The notes under the pieces were generated by a model. That model ran no database searches. It saw only the letters and a list, made by a program, of their open reading frames with translations, and was not told where the DNA came from. DNA of 63,998 bases, counting the filler, from Ionaspis alba (taxonomy: Eukaryota), in NCBI GenBank assembly GCA_964255285.1. It is 8 parts of 8 records of this genome, joined end to end, with 100 filler letters (N's around TTAATTAATTAA, not from the genome) between each part and the next. Parts side by side here need not be neighbours in the genome. Positions count along the whole stretch, not along the records: positions 24,792 to 32,925 come from CAXUUL010000768.1; positions 33,026 to 41,148 come from CAXUUL010000769.1; 6 more parts are not named here. One strand, 5' to 3'. This document shows positions 26,264 to 39,936 of this stretch, piece after piece (the first letter of the stretch is position 1; each line of letters starts with the position of its first letter). The translations under genes and the position numbers were made by a program.

Positions 26264-26888
26264 GCTTCGTGGCTGTTTGCCCTGTCGTTCTCTGCGGCAT
26301 CTGGGGACTCTGACCCCTGGGATGGACCCGAAAAGACGATTCTTGATGAGAAGTCGATCCTTTGGTCCCATGGCTCTTGAGTCATATTTGCGGATGTCTC
26401 ATTGTGGGTCTCAGACTTTCCTCCATTCTCCCGTTGCTAGTCGGATACGCTCGACTTTTTGGTCTTTCAGTCATGACTGCTCTTGTTGTGAGCAGTGTAC
26501 GCTTACTGCGTGCTGCATACATGGATGGGGACCTTATGGGAACAGAAATAAGGCGCAAAGCGAGGATGATTCTGAGACCTCTAGGGAGAATCGTCTCACA
26601 ACTTTAATTCTCTCGTGGCGCGAACCAAGAAAGGGCAGATAAATTGCAATGTCATAGAGACTCCAATACGCGATTCTGTCTGACCCTTACCTATGTTTGG
26701 TGTGCTGTAATATGCATCCCGAGATCTCACTCACTCACTCGCTCCAATCCAGACCGCGCACGCGCTAAATGCATTCACTCCAAATCCACTGGATCTCAAC
26801 GCCCCCAAGTATGCACCATCCCAACCTTCTATTGACCTCATCTATCAACAACTTTCCAAGTCCCTTGACCAAACATCTCCAATCAACT

Positions 26889-29459
26889 CTAACCACTCAC
26901 CCCCCTACTCCTAACTCTCTCAACCCTAATAGCCGCATCCTCCTCCTCCGCAACTCCCAACTCCTCGCCCGGCAATAATACCGCCCTATCAATCGCAACC
27001 GGCAACCCTCTATGCCTGCCCCTGATCATGACCGCACACAGAATCAACTTACTCAACACATGCCACCCCCCACAAAAACTATACGCCACATTCGGCAAGC
27101 CAACACTGATACCCACGCAGCCATAGGCGGAAATAACCTCGAAAATGATGTTGAAAACGGAGTAGTTGACGGGATCGCTTTCGAATTGGCCAGTCTCCGT
27201 GATCGTGATGAACAGCACGGCGAGGACGATCCACCACAGGTCGTGTGCTAGTTGCCCGCGGAGTTGCTGTCTCACAAAGTAAGCCCTCGACTCCTTCCCT
27301 GCACCACCTCCACCGCTCCCACTCTCTCCTCCCCCTCCTCCAGCGAGACCCGTAACCCGCCTCTTCAACCCCCCCAGGAAACTCTCTTCAAGCGGATGCT
27401 TCACAGCGCCTTCAGCAGGGTCATCAGCATAAATACCAAGGGAGCGCTCCTCGTAGACGTTGGAGTTGCGCATCGTGATTACCACCGGGTAGACGGAAAT
27501 GTACATCATAACGACGTAGAGGACGAGCAGACCGATGCGGAGTTGGGCGATGGCCACGACGTAAAAGCCGCCGGAGCGGACGGCGAGGGCTTGGAAGAGG
27601 CCGTCGAGGGCGCGGGGGCCGGAGTCGAGGGAGGTTATGAGGGGGTTGCCGATCTGTGCGAAATATTTGGGTCAGTTTAAGACAACCGGGTGGTGTACGA
27701 GTTGGGAGGAATTGGAGGGAAGGAAGACGCACATTCAGAACTTCGAAGGCGATCCAGTCGATGCCGTTGAGGATGATAAGGATTCCGAAGAGCCACCAGG
27801 TGTGCGTTGAGGGGAAGAGCGTTGTGTAGCAGCGCCGTGGGTGGTCGAGCAGGAAACGTAAGGTTCTCTTGTGCTCGGCGAAGACGGAGGTGGAGGGGAG
27901 GAGGTGGAGGAGGGACCAGAGAATGAAGCGGAGGAAGATGGGATAGCTTGAGGAGGTTAGATCAATCTTGGTCAGGTTGGGAAGAGGGAACGGATAGAGA
28001 AACGAACCAGGTGTTCCCAGCGAGGATCATCAGACCCATTGTTATGAGCATGTAGGTTGAAGTTTGAAAGGCTACCTGCATATGATATTAGTGCTTGGAG
28101 AACGGTCGAAACGGAGGATCATTTTACCATATTTGCATCAAGCAAGCTCATCCCTGAATTATTGAACGCAGAAACCCCATTGAAAGCACCAACCCACCTA
28201 CCGCCCATCAGTCCTTCATTTCCCTCGCTTCAAACCAAACGAGAAAGCCCTCACTCACCAAGGATTCAACCCATTCTGCAAGGCCACGTCCCCCGCATTC
28301 ATCGCGACCCAAGCCCCCAACCCAATACATCCCAACAACTGCCACAGCACGAAATAAACCGGCACAATAACTGCCAGCATCGTAACGGCGCGATACTCCA
28401 CACCACCCAATTTCTCCCGTTCCGCAATCGTAAGACTATGAAACTGCGAATTCCTACCAATAAACCCTCTCGAAGAAAAATACTTCTGCGTGCCTTGCAA
28501 ATGCTGCTCGCCTTTCGCCTCGGTCAAAGCTGCCAAGGGGATGGGATAGGAGGGAAGGTTTGCTTTACGCGGGTGGTTCATGAGGTCGGGCCGGGCTCCG
28601 ACGCCGGACATGGAGAAGACGCGTTTGTGTCGGCGTTGGGTGAAGGGGGACGTGGGGTTGGAGAATCTGATGCGAGGGGAGCTTGGATTGGGCTCGAGAG
28701 CGGCGCCGTTCTGGTCTTCGCGTTCGGTCTGTGAGAGGGATTGCCCTGCCTCCAGGTCTTCGAGAGTGTCTTCTCGTGCCGCGGATGCGTCTACGATATG
28801 CGTGTCCTCTCTGCCCAGCAGCGGAGTGCTCCTGGGGTGGTCCGGTGTTCTGTCGCTGGATGCTCTGTCCTCCGGATTAGGAGAGTGTATGACTCTTCCC
28901 CTCACCACCACGCCATCAACCTGCGGCTCCAGATTCGTCGTCCCAGATCTACTTCTCGAGAAAAACGACGGGGTCTTCTCACGAGACCTGCCATCCTTCT
29001 CCGCCTTGCGTCTCGCCCTCTCCCTCTCAATTACATGCTTAAATTTCCTCTCAAACGCCTTCTTCCGCACATGCACCACTGCCGAGCTCACTAGTATCGC
29101 ACTCCCCAGCATGATCAACAGGAACAGGATGAATTGCTGGAACGTGTTCAATTCGGAAAGGTTGATGGTATTGAGCCCGGCCAAAGTCATGGCGCTGACA
29201 GTCAGGAAGATGGAATCGGTGAAGGTGACGCTGCGGGAAGGTGTTGAGGAACCCCAGAAGATGATGCTGGCGATTAGGGAGACGCCGATAAAGTAGATGT
29301 AGTGCAGGGTGAGGAAGTTGATGGGCGGTAGGTGATGGCGGAGCGAGCGGAGGGGCGCTGCTAGAGCCGGGGGAAGGCGGATGCGGGGGCGGAGGACTAC
29401 ATTGGCAGTGGTTAGAGATGTTGATGACTGTAGAAATCTTTGCTGCACGTACCAACCAT
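26889..29459 (-). CDS. TRK1: TRK-family potassium transporter, multi-exon, 7-nt first exon
   Basis: NFLTLHYIYF, SAMTLAGLNT, LGGVEYRA, SAFNNSGMSLLDANM, LILAGNT, HPRRCYT, VRSGGF, MMYISVYPV, FEVISAYGCVGIS, RGRHRGLPVAIDRAVLLP. Confidence 0.93.
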
Positions 29460-30783
29460 CTTTCCTCGAAGGGAACGAGTCTTCCCCGGCGCTACTAGCT
29501 GTTTCTGGGGACTAGAAGTTGCAGTAAGGTGGCAGCACTATAGGTTCGAGGAAGGCCTTTGCTGGGAGCTCATCGAACGGCTACCTCCTCCAAGCAGTAT
29601 TCGACGGTGTCGGTGAATCACCGGCATGGCAAGAGATCTCAATGGTGTGATATGTGGTCGATCTGGCAGCCCTTTCAAGCGCACGGCGCGGTATTTTCGT
29701 GTCGATTGAGCGCATCATCATTGGTTACTTGACTTACATAAGCATCTTGTTCTTCCGCGTAAGCCCTAAGCCAAGGCCAGGGAGACTGTGGACTTTGTGA
29801 AGGCACTTGATTTAAATCAATCCATGAGTAGATATCTGGTAGCGTGATCTATAAAAGAGAGCTGTGGCATCTCCATTTTGAGCCAAGGGATTGCTGCTGC
29901 CTTAGACCTTAGCATGCTCTACCATGAACGAAGGGTCGCCTTTTGTATTCTTGCCCCTCTCGAACAGCCCAGTCATCGACACTTGAGAATAAACTCATCC
30001 TAACACTGCCATTAATCTATCTATTCTCATATCGTCTAAATCTCATGATTCATAAGTTATAAACAAGATCGTTCATACACATAAAGCGAGGAGCGATGTT
30101 TTCCCGAGATCACCGCAGCTTAGTGCTCACCAATTTTTCTGCGTAGAGGTGTCCTAGCCCCGAAAAACTCCACCGCTGGTTCCCAAATTGCTCAAGCTCC
30201 GCCAAAAACGAGTCTGCCATAGCTATGGTTGAAAGCTGAACGGGCTCGCTGCTTGTGCCTGAAATCTCCAGCGAAATGCATGACATGATCATGACGCTTC
30301 CAAGTCCTGGCGATTCGTTCTATTCTCCGAATCGGTATGCTGAACCTGTGCCGCCACTGTGCGGCCAAGTGTCTGCCATGGAGCCTCCGTTGCTTCCCCT
30401 TAGCTTGCGGCTGGAGTGATCAGTGATAGGGTTGCTCGATTTGTCACAAAGGCGTTGTCCACCTTGATTGAGATGGCTCGTCTCCCCCAGATGACCTCGC
30501 AAGCATTTCTTCTTGACTGATCTCCCGAGTTGGGAGCCCCCGTCATGCCTGCAAACATCGGAGGATGCATTTCACGACAGCGGTGAATGACCCCGATCCA
30601 CGGATTTGCACAGGAGCCACCTGGCCCTCTCCCCCGATTCCAACATGCCTTTCCCAGTAATCTCAAAGCAAACCATACCTCCCCATAACTAAGAGATGGA
30701 AGTAGCGGGGTATAGAGCGATATAGCCAAGTATCAGCCATCCCACAAGCCAAGTCCCAAAAAAAAGACCGAAAACGCAAGACT

Positions 30784-32234
30784 TCACGGTGCCGGTCCCG
30801 GTCTCCGCGCCGTAATGATATGTCTGCCACGATAATCAGCCCCCCATCAACCCTACCATCCACAACATCTGCATATCCCTAGCCCGGCCATCCACAATCC
30901 AAAAGAAAAGACCCCCCAGACTTACAAATTATTATAAACATGATAATTCCGATTACAAACCGCCGTCTTCACCTCCCCCACCAACCTCCTCACATCCTGG
31001 GGACTCCACTGAAAAACCCTGGTCAGAGGGCCCAAACTCATCGCCTCCAATCCCTCACACATGCCCAGATTGTACCAACGCCCAATGGCCTTCTGATGGG
31101 GGTCCTGCGGCCACGAATTCAACGGCAGCCGTATCACCGTCTCCTGGATGTCGACAAACCCCTGGTTCCGAAGCATGTCGACCGTGTTGGGGAGGTAGGC
31201 GATGGATTTACTGCCCCGTGTGGTGGCGTCTTCGATGTAGTCGTACCACCTGAAGAGGGGGGATTGTTTGCCTGGGTGGGTGGAGTCGTCGCAGCGTGGG
31301 CGTAGGTCGATTTCGACTTGTTCGAGGTGGCCGTAGCCGGGTTTGAGATGTCTGTAGGCGGAGGGCGGCTTGTTAGTTGAAGTGTCTGGGGGTTTGGGAG
31401 GGGGTTGAGCAGGGAACGGACTGGAAGATTTTGTGGTACATCTCTGGCCAGTGGGAGACGCCGCCATAGGCCATGCGTAGGTGGATCAGGTCCCAAGAGT
31501 CTTCGCCGAGCAGCCACATGCTTTCGTAGTCACGGGGAATGCGGAATCGGAGGTTTGGGGGGATGCTGTGAACCGTTAGTAACCCATCTACCCGTTCTCG
31601 CACGTTGTATATGGTGTACGAACTGTGCGGGCTGTATGTTGACCAGATCAATACCAAGGACCTATGATATCCAGTCAACGGACTTGCTCTCCCAGGATAT
31701 ATATATTCTTCAAGTTGCCCTACTTCTCCATCCCGGTATTTGCTAAATGTAGATATACCCATCAGCAAATATTTCTCACTTTCGCTCAAACAAATTCATC
31801 AAAGGACAACTGACTCTGCCATATCTATAGCCCAAATGCCGGTGCCCGTCCCAATATCCAATATTCTCGGCCCATCATAATTCGGCGTCAGCGGAGCTCG
31901 ATGCAACTCCTCATTTCGAGCAACGAGGAAGAGCTTGTGGTATATATCCATGCGATCCATTTCGGCCTACCCAAGCACCCACCCAAAAAAGATTAGCACC
32001 CTGTTCACATCTCAAAGGGAAAAAGAGAAGTCGAGTGGTGGTGGCCCCCCCTTACCTCGTCGCACGGATACATGTACAGGCCCCTTCGATAGCCGTGAAA
32101 CATGCGGCCGTTCTCCATGTGGTTCTGTTGCGCGGAGCTGGGTACGGCGATGCTAATTGTTCTCATTGTCTCAGCAGGTGTATTTTGAAACTCCTGGGTG
32201 CAGGAAAGGGAAGTGGGTACCCGTTGGAAGCCAT
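30784..32234 (-). CDS. laeA: LaeA-type SAM-dependent methyltransferase, velvet-complex regulator (8 exons)
   Basis: Spliced: MASNG...[20 protein letters not shown]...RMDIYHKLF...[16 protein letters not shown]...IDLVNIQP...[31 protein letters not shown]...[22 protein letters not shown]...IGRWYNLG...LHIITARRP. Confidence 0.88.
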
Positions 32235-32607
32235 AGTGGTCACCAATACAGCTTATAGGAGTTGCGGTATCCGGGAAGGCGCCGTGGACAACAGAGCGGC
32301 CGTGGCTCTGAGAGACGAGAGAGAGAACCAGTGGTGGGCTTCCAGCTGAAGGGACAGACAGGGACAGTGTGGTGGGTCTGGCAACAGGTGGTGGTTGCGT
32401 CCAAGGCGAGGCTGGGAATTGCTTATGGTGAGTCCTCAGCCGTCGAGAACATCAGTCGCAGTAGCAGAGCGACGAATGGAGGAGGGCTTGGAACTCAATG
32501 GCCAGGAAGTTGGCAAGAAATGGCGAGCATGTATTGGAGTATTTGGTTTGGTTGTTTGAAAAGTGACTGCCAGCAAGCAGCAACAGTAGGAGGCCTGGCA
32601 CAGGGCA

Positions 32608-32638
32608 GCACACAGACACCACACACACACACACACAC
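32608..32638. repeat. Imperfect (CA)n microsatellite upstream of laeA
   Basis: cacacagacaccacacacacacacacacac. Confidence 0.8.
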
Positions 32639-32925
32639 CAGCAAGCAGGGGTGGGTGGATGAGTGAGGAACGAGTCGGTAGTAATAGCAGTAGTGAGTTG
32701 ATGAGTATTCTTGGGTCTGGAGAACAGCAGCATATCCCACGCAAGAAACAGGCAAATGGCTACGACGGTACCGACAGTAGTCTTTTGCGAGGACCCGGCC
32801 TTGTGGTAAATGGCTGATGATCATGGGGGGCACGTTTAGGTTAGCTATCATGTAGGTTTTTTAGTTTTGGTTCCGCCGGCGGGCGTTTGGTCTAAGGCCT
32901 GTTTCCCAGGGGGGAGGGGTGATAG

Positions 32926-33025
32926 NNNNNNNNNNNNNNNNNNNNNNNNNNNNNNNNNNNNNNNNNNNNTTAATTAATTAANNNNNNNNNNNNNNNNNNN
33001 NNNNNNNNNNNNNNNNNNNNNNNNN
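32926..33025. other. Artificial contig linker
   Basis: N-TTAATTAATTAA-N. Confidence 0.99.
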
Positions 33026-33783
33026 GGCGCATCTGGTAGATCGACATCCCCGTCAGGATTCGTTTTCAATCCTTTCTTGCGGCGCTCATCTGGATTCTCA
33101 GTCTCGAGAGCTCCGACTTCTAGCATTTCGGCTAGAAAGGCAGCCCACGCTGGATTGAGCATTGAGAGTGACTTTTGGAAGTCGCTCCGTGGAAGCTCGT
33201 TGTGGCAGTGAATGCAGATGAGAGAGCGGAGATAACCGTGGAGCTCAAGTGTTGGCAGATTGGGATGAGCAGTAGAGTGGAATGAATCTACGTCTATCAT
33301 GCTGTTAGCTGTAATATTTGAAAGAATGGTCAAGGATATCTGGAGAAAGTGTTGAAACTTACTCTGTGTAATCACGCTCCTAAGCAAGCCCATCTCTCCC
33401 AAGCTCTTAACGGCCCAGTGAGCGCTATTTGGCCTGGCTCTATGCAAGTTTGTCCAACCCAGGAAACTTCGCGCCCAATATCTCTTTCGAGCCTCGTGGC
33501 CGCTCGTCGAGCCACTGACAAACTCGTTGTAATATATTGGTCTATAAGACTTGTTCTGTGTATAAGTTCCATTCGTTCCACGATAGTCTGCCAGCCCCGA
33601 TGCTACTGATATCCCGGCGCCGGTAAGCAAAACCGTCTGTGGTTTTCCATTCTGGGAGCTTGGAGCAGAGAGAAAGTTCTGCAGCGCGGCAATGGCACCT
33701 GAGGGAGTGTTGGCGCTTCGGGGGATAATGATCGGAGGAGGTAAGGGGCCCGTATAGGGTATTCGCATAAAGGGTTTTTGCAT
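33026..33783 (-). CDS. Class II (SIRT4-like) sirtuin, 3'-truncated
   Basis: LLTGAGISVASGLADYRG, YRPIYYNEF, RKRYWARSFLGW, VITQ[intron]NVDSFH, ELHG, CxxC, NPDGDVDLP. Confidence 0.92.
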
Positions 33784-34045
33784 GGAAGAGGCATCGATAT
33801 CATCGTTTATTGACAAAATCAATATATCTACCTTATGAAGATGGGGGAAACAGACGAGACGTCATGATTGACGGCTTCGGCTTTTCCCCGGCTTGTGTGT
33901 CGAATTCGCAAAAATGTGTGTCTAACATTTTTATCATGGAGCCGATCCTGAACGTGGCTGCCAAAATTCGTTCTGCTTCGATATATTCTTCATGATAGCA
34001 AGAAAAGGCTGGATGCAGCGCCAATGCGCAAAATAGCCATTCTAG

Positions 34046-35547
34046 ATGCCGGTCCCACATCTCGTGCCACGAAACTCTGCGCTCCGCCTCCATCTCAGCT
34101 CACCATTGGCTCGTATTTTTGGGACGACACGGTTGCACCCAACCAAGTTACAAAGTCGCGTGCTCTACACTTCATTTCACCATATAGACTCTTGCAATTC
34201 TCCCACCAGGTCTGAACCTCCTCTTTACACGTCAGATCCTCGTTCAAAACCGCAACGACTTCCGAACATGCCTGCTGCAGTCCAGACACGGTCCCATGGA
34301 GGACATGCGCATTCCCACCATCATGACAATACCTATTTGACTTCGACAAACAAGAACGATGCTGGAGTCAGAATTACAAGGATTGGACTCTATGTGAATC
34401 TGGGCATGGCAATCAGTAAAGGCATTGGTGGATACTACTTCAATTCCCAGGCCCTAGTTGCAGATGCTTTTCATGCTCTGACAGACTTGGTCTCCGACTT
34501 CATGACGCTTGCCACTATATCGGTGGCTCTCAAACCCCCGACAACGAAGTATCCGAACGGCTTTGGGAAGGTCGAGAGTCTTGGATCGCTAGTGGTCAGT
34601 GGACTGTTACTGGCAGGTGGAGTCTTGATGGGACAGCATGCTTGTGGAGCTCTATATCATGAGTTTTTTGCAGATGCGGCATCTTTGATAGGTCATGCTC
34701 ATGATCATGGTATCATGGGCCACTCGCACAGTCATAATGCAAAGGATCTTATCCCAAATCTCAATGCGGCTTGGCTGGCTGGAGGCTCTATTATTGTAAA
34801 GGAGTGGTTATATCGTGCAAGTAAGGTTAGCCCTTCCATGAATGAGTGCGGGACTGATCTGGGTGATTTCTAGCTATGAAAGTTGCCAAAGATCGCAAAT
34901 CATCTGTCCTTGCGTCTAATGCGGTCCACCACCGTGTCGATTCGTTGACTAGTTTCGTCGCATTGGTCGCAATCGGAGGATCCCATGTCTTCAATGGAGT
35001 CACATGGCTTGATCCTGTGGGAGGCCTGATTGTCTCTCTTATGGTTATCCAGGCAGGATTCGGCAACACTCGTTCAGCTATCTACGAATTGGTTGATGCT
35101 GGAGTCGATGATGAGGTCAAGGCATCTATAAGAAGATCAGCGACTAAGGCTCTAGCAGAATACGAATCCGTCTCTCAGATGGGCAGAAAGAGCGCAATAG
35201 ACACTGTGGAGATTCGCGGCATCCAGGGACTCAAGGCTGGACAAAATTATCTCATGGAGATTGAGCTCGCTGTATCACATGAGTGCACTATGGACCAAAT
35301 GCGAAAGGTGGAGGAGGCCGTGCGACAAAGAGTCGGATCCAAGGTTCGAGGTGTCCGAAGACTCAGGGTCAAGTTTGTGGCGAAAGAGGAGAAGCAAATG
35401 GATTTCGCAGATGAATTCATTGGAGCCGATATCAGTCCAAGGAGCAGTCCAGAACCGGAGGACGAGGAGAATCACCACGATCATCATAATCATGCTCATG
35501 AGCACCAATCATTCCAGCCAGAGAACGACATCCGCAAGAGGCGTTGA
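34046..35547 (+). CDS. Mitochondrial cation diffusion facilitator (MMT1/2-like Fe exporter), 2 exons
   Basis: Presequence-like N-terminus; HGGHAHSHHHDNTYLTSTNKNDAGVRIT; ADAFHALTDLVSD; GFGKVESLG; SNAVHHRVDSLTS; LDPVGG; intron 34821-34873. Confidence 0.92.
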
Positions 35548-35914
35548 AGGAGTGCAACGCCTTCACAAAAGTGAATACCGACAACAAGACCGAGTGCGAG
35601 TCTAGGGCCAACGCCTACCACCAAGCACGCTGACAAACTGGTCCCTTCCAGACTGCTAAGGCAGTCCGGTTACTGCTTAGTCTAGGCGTGCCGCATTACA
35701 GCATTTTAAACCAGCTGTGACAGTATCTTGCTTTCGAGCGGGGAAGCAGATCCATGGAAATAGGCTTTATTTCACCTCAACCTCAGGTTGCACAGAGAAC
35801 GCAGAGCGCTCATCTGGATAACGGAAGGAATGGGAAGCTTTATACATTTCCTATGATATAGCTGGGACAAACATCTCCTCACTCAGGAAAAATAGATTTT
35901 GCGGATCCGGCGGC

Positions 35915-37782
35915 ATGACNNNNNNNNNNNNNNNNNNNNNNNNNNNNNNNNNNNNNNNNNNNNNNNNNNNNNNNNNNNNNNNNNNNNNNNNNNNNNNNNN
36001 NNNNNNNNNNNNNNNNNNNATGGACCTCTGTATCTTGGCTTTGACCTCTCCACGCAACAACTCAAAGGTGTCGCTGTCGCTTCGGATCTGAAGGTCGTTC
36101 ATGAAGCCAAATTTGACTTCGACGCCGACTCCCATGGATTTGGTATTGAGAAAGGAGTTTTGACAAATGAAGAAGAGCATGAGGTTTACGCTCCAATTGC
36201 GTTATGGTTGCAAGCCTTAGATGAGCTTCTGCTTAGGTTGAAAAATAAAGGTATTGACTATTCAAGAGTCAAGGGAATTTCGGGAGCTGGACAGCAACAT
36301 GGTAGCGTTTATTGGAATGATTATGGGGAGAACGTTCTCAAGAACCTTGACGAGGGTAGACCTCTAGCAGATCAGTTGGATGGAGCATTCTCTTATCCTT
36401 TCAGTCCTAATTGGCAAGATGCCAGCACGCAAATCGAGTGCGACGCGTTTGATCAGGAGCTTGGGACTGAAGAACAATTGGCGATAACCACTGGAAGTAA
36501 AGCTCATCATGTGAGACTTGTGGACATCCAATTCTGAATGTCGCTGACGTCCAGCTTCCAGCGTTTTACTGGACCGCAGATCCTTCGTTTCCGGAAAAAG
36601 CGACCCAAGGCCTACGAGCAGACGTCCCGCATCTCTCTGGTGTCATCTTTTCTGGCTTCTATCTTTCTTGGGAGGATAGCTCCAATTGACATCTCCGATG
36701 CTTGCGGCCTCAATCTGTGGGATATTCAGTCTGGCAAATGGAATGAAAAGTTGTTAGCTTTGGTATCAGGCTCTGGCCAAACTTCCGACCTCAAGCAGAA
36801 ACTTGGAGACGTCTCTGAAGATGGCGGAGGCAGCTTAGGACACATAAGTCCTTATTTTGTTCGCCGTTATGGATTTGATCCGTCTTGCTCGATTGCGCCG
36901 TTTACAGGCGACAATCCGGCAACGATTCTTGCTTTACCACTTCGGCCAATGGATGCTATGGTCTCTTTAGGCACATCTACAACGTTTCTCATGTCTACTT
37001 CTCACTACAAGCCTGACCCAGCTGTTCACTTCTTCAATCATCCTACCACAGCTAGTTTGTACATGTTCATGCTATGCTACAAGAATGGTGGTCTAGCTCG
37101 AGAGCAGATCCGAGATGCCATCAACCAGGATCCCGCATCCAAATCATGGGTCGATTTCGATCGTATAGCTTCTGAATCACCAATACTGGGACAGCATAAA
37201 GACAGCGATCCAATGAAACTGGGACTGTATTTTCCCCGTCCAGAAATCGTGCCTAATGTTCGAGCTGGGGAATGGCACTTCAACTACGATCCTTCGACCA
37301 GATCTTTAATTCCAACCGACAAAGGATGGACCAGACCTCAAGACGATGCACGAGCAATCATCGAAAGTCAGATGCTTTCTCTTCGTCTTCGCTCCCGAGA
37401 TCTGGTCGAGCCGCCAGGAGACAATCTCCCTTCACAACCTCGTCGGATCTATCTGGTTGGCGGAGGTTCAATGAATGCAGCGATCGCCAAAATTGCTGGG
37501 CAAGTACTGGGTGGGATCGAGGGAGTGTATAAATTGGATGTTGGGGAGAACGCTTGTGCACTTGGTGCGGCGTACAAAGCCGTTTGGGCTGTTGAGAGGG
37601 AGGAGGGACAGACTTTTGAGGGTCTGATAGGGGCTAGGTGGAAGGAAGAGCAATTTATAAAGAAAATTGCCGAGGGCTACCAGAAGGGTGTTTTTGAGAG
37701 ATATGGGATTGCTGTGGAGGGCTTTGCGATGATGGAGAGGGAGGTTTTGGAGCAGGAGAAGAGGAGGAAGCTCGATTCTTAA
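35915..37782 (+). CDS. XKS1: Xylulokinase (FGGY family), interrupted near the start by a scaffold gap
   Basis: [43 protein letters not shown][intron][31 protein letters not shown]. Confidence 0.95.
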
Positions 37783-38008
37783 ACGTCCGATCAATTCAGA
37801 TCATTATTGACACATCAAACGCATTCAGATTATCCTTGCTCCCTGCATCCGTTTCCTGCGCGGGGCAAATAATGGTGGGGTGTTTTGCTTCCTCCGCAAA
37901 ACGTCATAGCTCTCCGCAAACAACCTTTGCCTTCCAGAATATGCAAAACTCTCCATTCTAAATCCATATAGTCTTTGATTGCCTTCTATTATATCCACTG
38001 ACTCGACA

Positions 38009-39158
38009 ATGGCATTCACAACAAAAGCAACCATCGCTTCCTTCGGCGGCAAGCTCCTCAAACTTACCCACAATGCCTCGACAACCTCGTGTGAAATGGC
38101 CGTCAATCTCTTCCTCCCTCCTCAAACCACCCTAAACCCGTTGCATAAGGTCCCTGTTTTGATTTACCTTTCTGGCTTGACCTGTACGGGTGACAACTGT
38201 GCTGAGAAGGGCTTCTTCCAGCACATGGCTGCGCAAAAGGGAATTAGCGTTGTTTATCCTGATACTTCGCCTCGTAAGAATTGATGCCTTTTCTCTCTTC
38301 CCTTCCTGGGAATCGTTCAACCGACCTATCCTTCGGTCAATTGGCTTCCACCGTAGCTGAATTGAATCTTCCAGCTGATAGGTTGTTTCCGTGTAGGTGG
38401 TCTCAAAATCCAAGGCGAGGACGACGCCTACGACTTTGGTAGTGGTGCTGGTTTCTATGTCGATGCCACGAAAGAACCGTGGAGCAAGGGATATAAAATG
38501 TACAGCTATATCACGGACGAGTTGCCCAAAGCTCTTTTTGGTGCCTTCGAGCAATTGGATGCAAACAGAGTCAGCATTACGGGACATAGTATGGGAGGGC
38601 ATGGTGCTTTGACATTGGTGAGTGCTCTTATAGGGTCGAAGGGAACGAAACATCTGCTGACAGTGATATTGGTTCATAGTTCCTGAAGAATCCGGGAAAG
38701 TACAAATCCGTGTCCGCATTTGCGCCAATTGCAAATCCGATCAACTGTCCATGGGGTCAAAAGGCGTTTAAGGGTTACTTTGGAGAGGACCAGCAAGAGA
38801 AATGGAAGGAGCATGATGCGACTGAGCTAGTGAAAAAGTACAAGGGCCCGCTAGATCTATTAATCGACGTGGTGCGTATCTTGCCCTCTGCCTGCTCTTT
38901 TTCAGTCGTACCTCCCTGAATACCATCAGTGGAAAGCATGCATTGATGCTAGATTTTCACCTTCAGGGTACGGCCGACAACTTCTACAAGCAAGGACAAC
39001 TACTTCCTGAGAACTTTGCCGCCGCAGCGAAAGAAGCTGGTAATGACAAGCAACTCACTATCCGGTACCAAGAAGGACACGATCATAGCTATTTCACCAT
39101 TGCAACGTTCGCGGACGACCATGTGAACCATGCGGCAAAGCACTTGTTTGCGGAGTGA
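38009..39158 (+). CDS. S-formylglutathione hydrolase (esterase D), 4 exons
   Basis: [64 protein letters not shown]. Confidence 0.96.
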
Positions 39159-39936
39159 GTCAAACTTATGAATGGATCTCTTGGTGTCAACTTCTTTGTA
39201 TATATTGGTGGATACCGGCTGATGAGCCATCATGTAGGATGGAGGATGTGGTGAAAGAAAAGTTGTAAGGGACATATATATCTCAATCTCATACAGAAGA
39301 TGTGACTGCAAGTTCCTGCATAAATCCTTGTGTTTGCAATCGATCTTCAGACGAGATATTGAGTCTTTTTCACATTGACGATGTTGAATTTGACCTTCTT
39401 TCAAGATCTGGATGACTTACGTTTGATAACGGGTACATGATGAGTTCAAAAAGATCTTTTCAGGGCCACCAAAGTGGGTGCCTTGCCACTACGCTTCACA
39501 AGACGCACATGACCGAACTAATATCATTCACATCGATTATTCACATTGACTAGCATCCGCTCTTGGCCTGAACTACAACCACAACGCGATGATGACCCTT
39601 AAATAAATCGAAGGAGACAACGAGATCATGCACCACGGCTAAGAGCAATAAGCAGACCATAGCATACTATCTCGTGCCAGCAAACACATATTGTCAACGA
39701 GCAGCCCGCGACAATCCTAAACAAGTTTAGATCTCATCAGTCAGAGACTCAGACTTTCAACAACACTCGCACATCATTGCTTGTTCTACGGTTCGGAGAA
39801 CGTCGTCCTTCAGTTCTCATCTCATCTCCATTTACCCAGCCTCTCCTCGTTCCCACCAAGAAAATATATCTGAGAAATACAACACCCATCCATCACCACC
39901 CCCATCTCATCGAGACTCAAAGGACAAGTAAGAACA

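Noticed and set aside
16583..32234. Secondary-metabolite cluster (P450, LaeA, transporters)
   Set aside because: The genes lie on different contigs and no PKS, NRPS or terpene synthase is present
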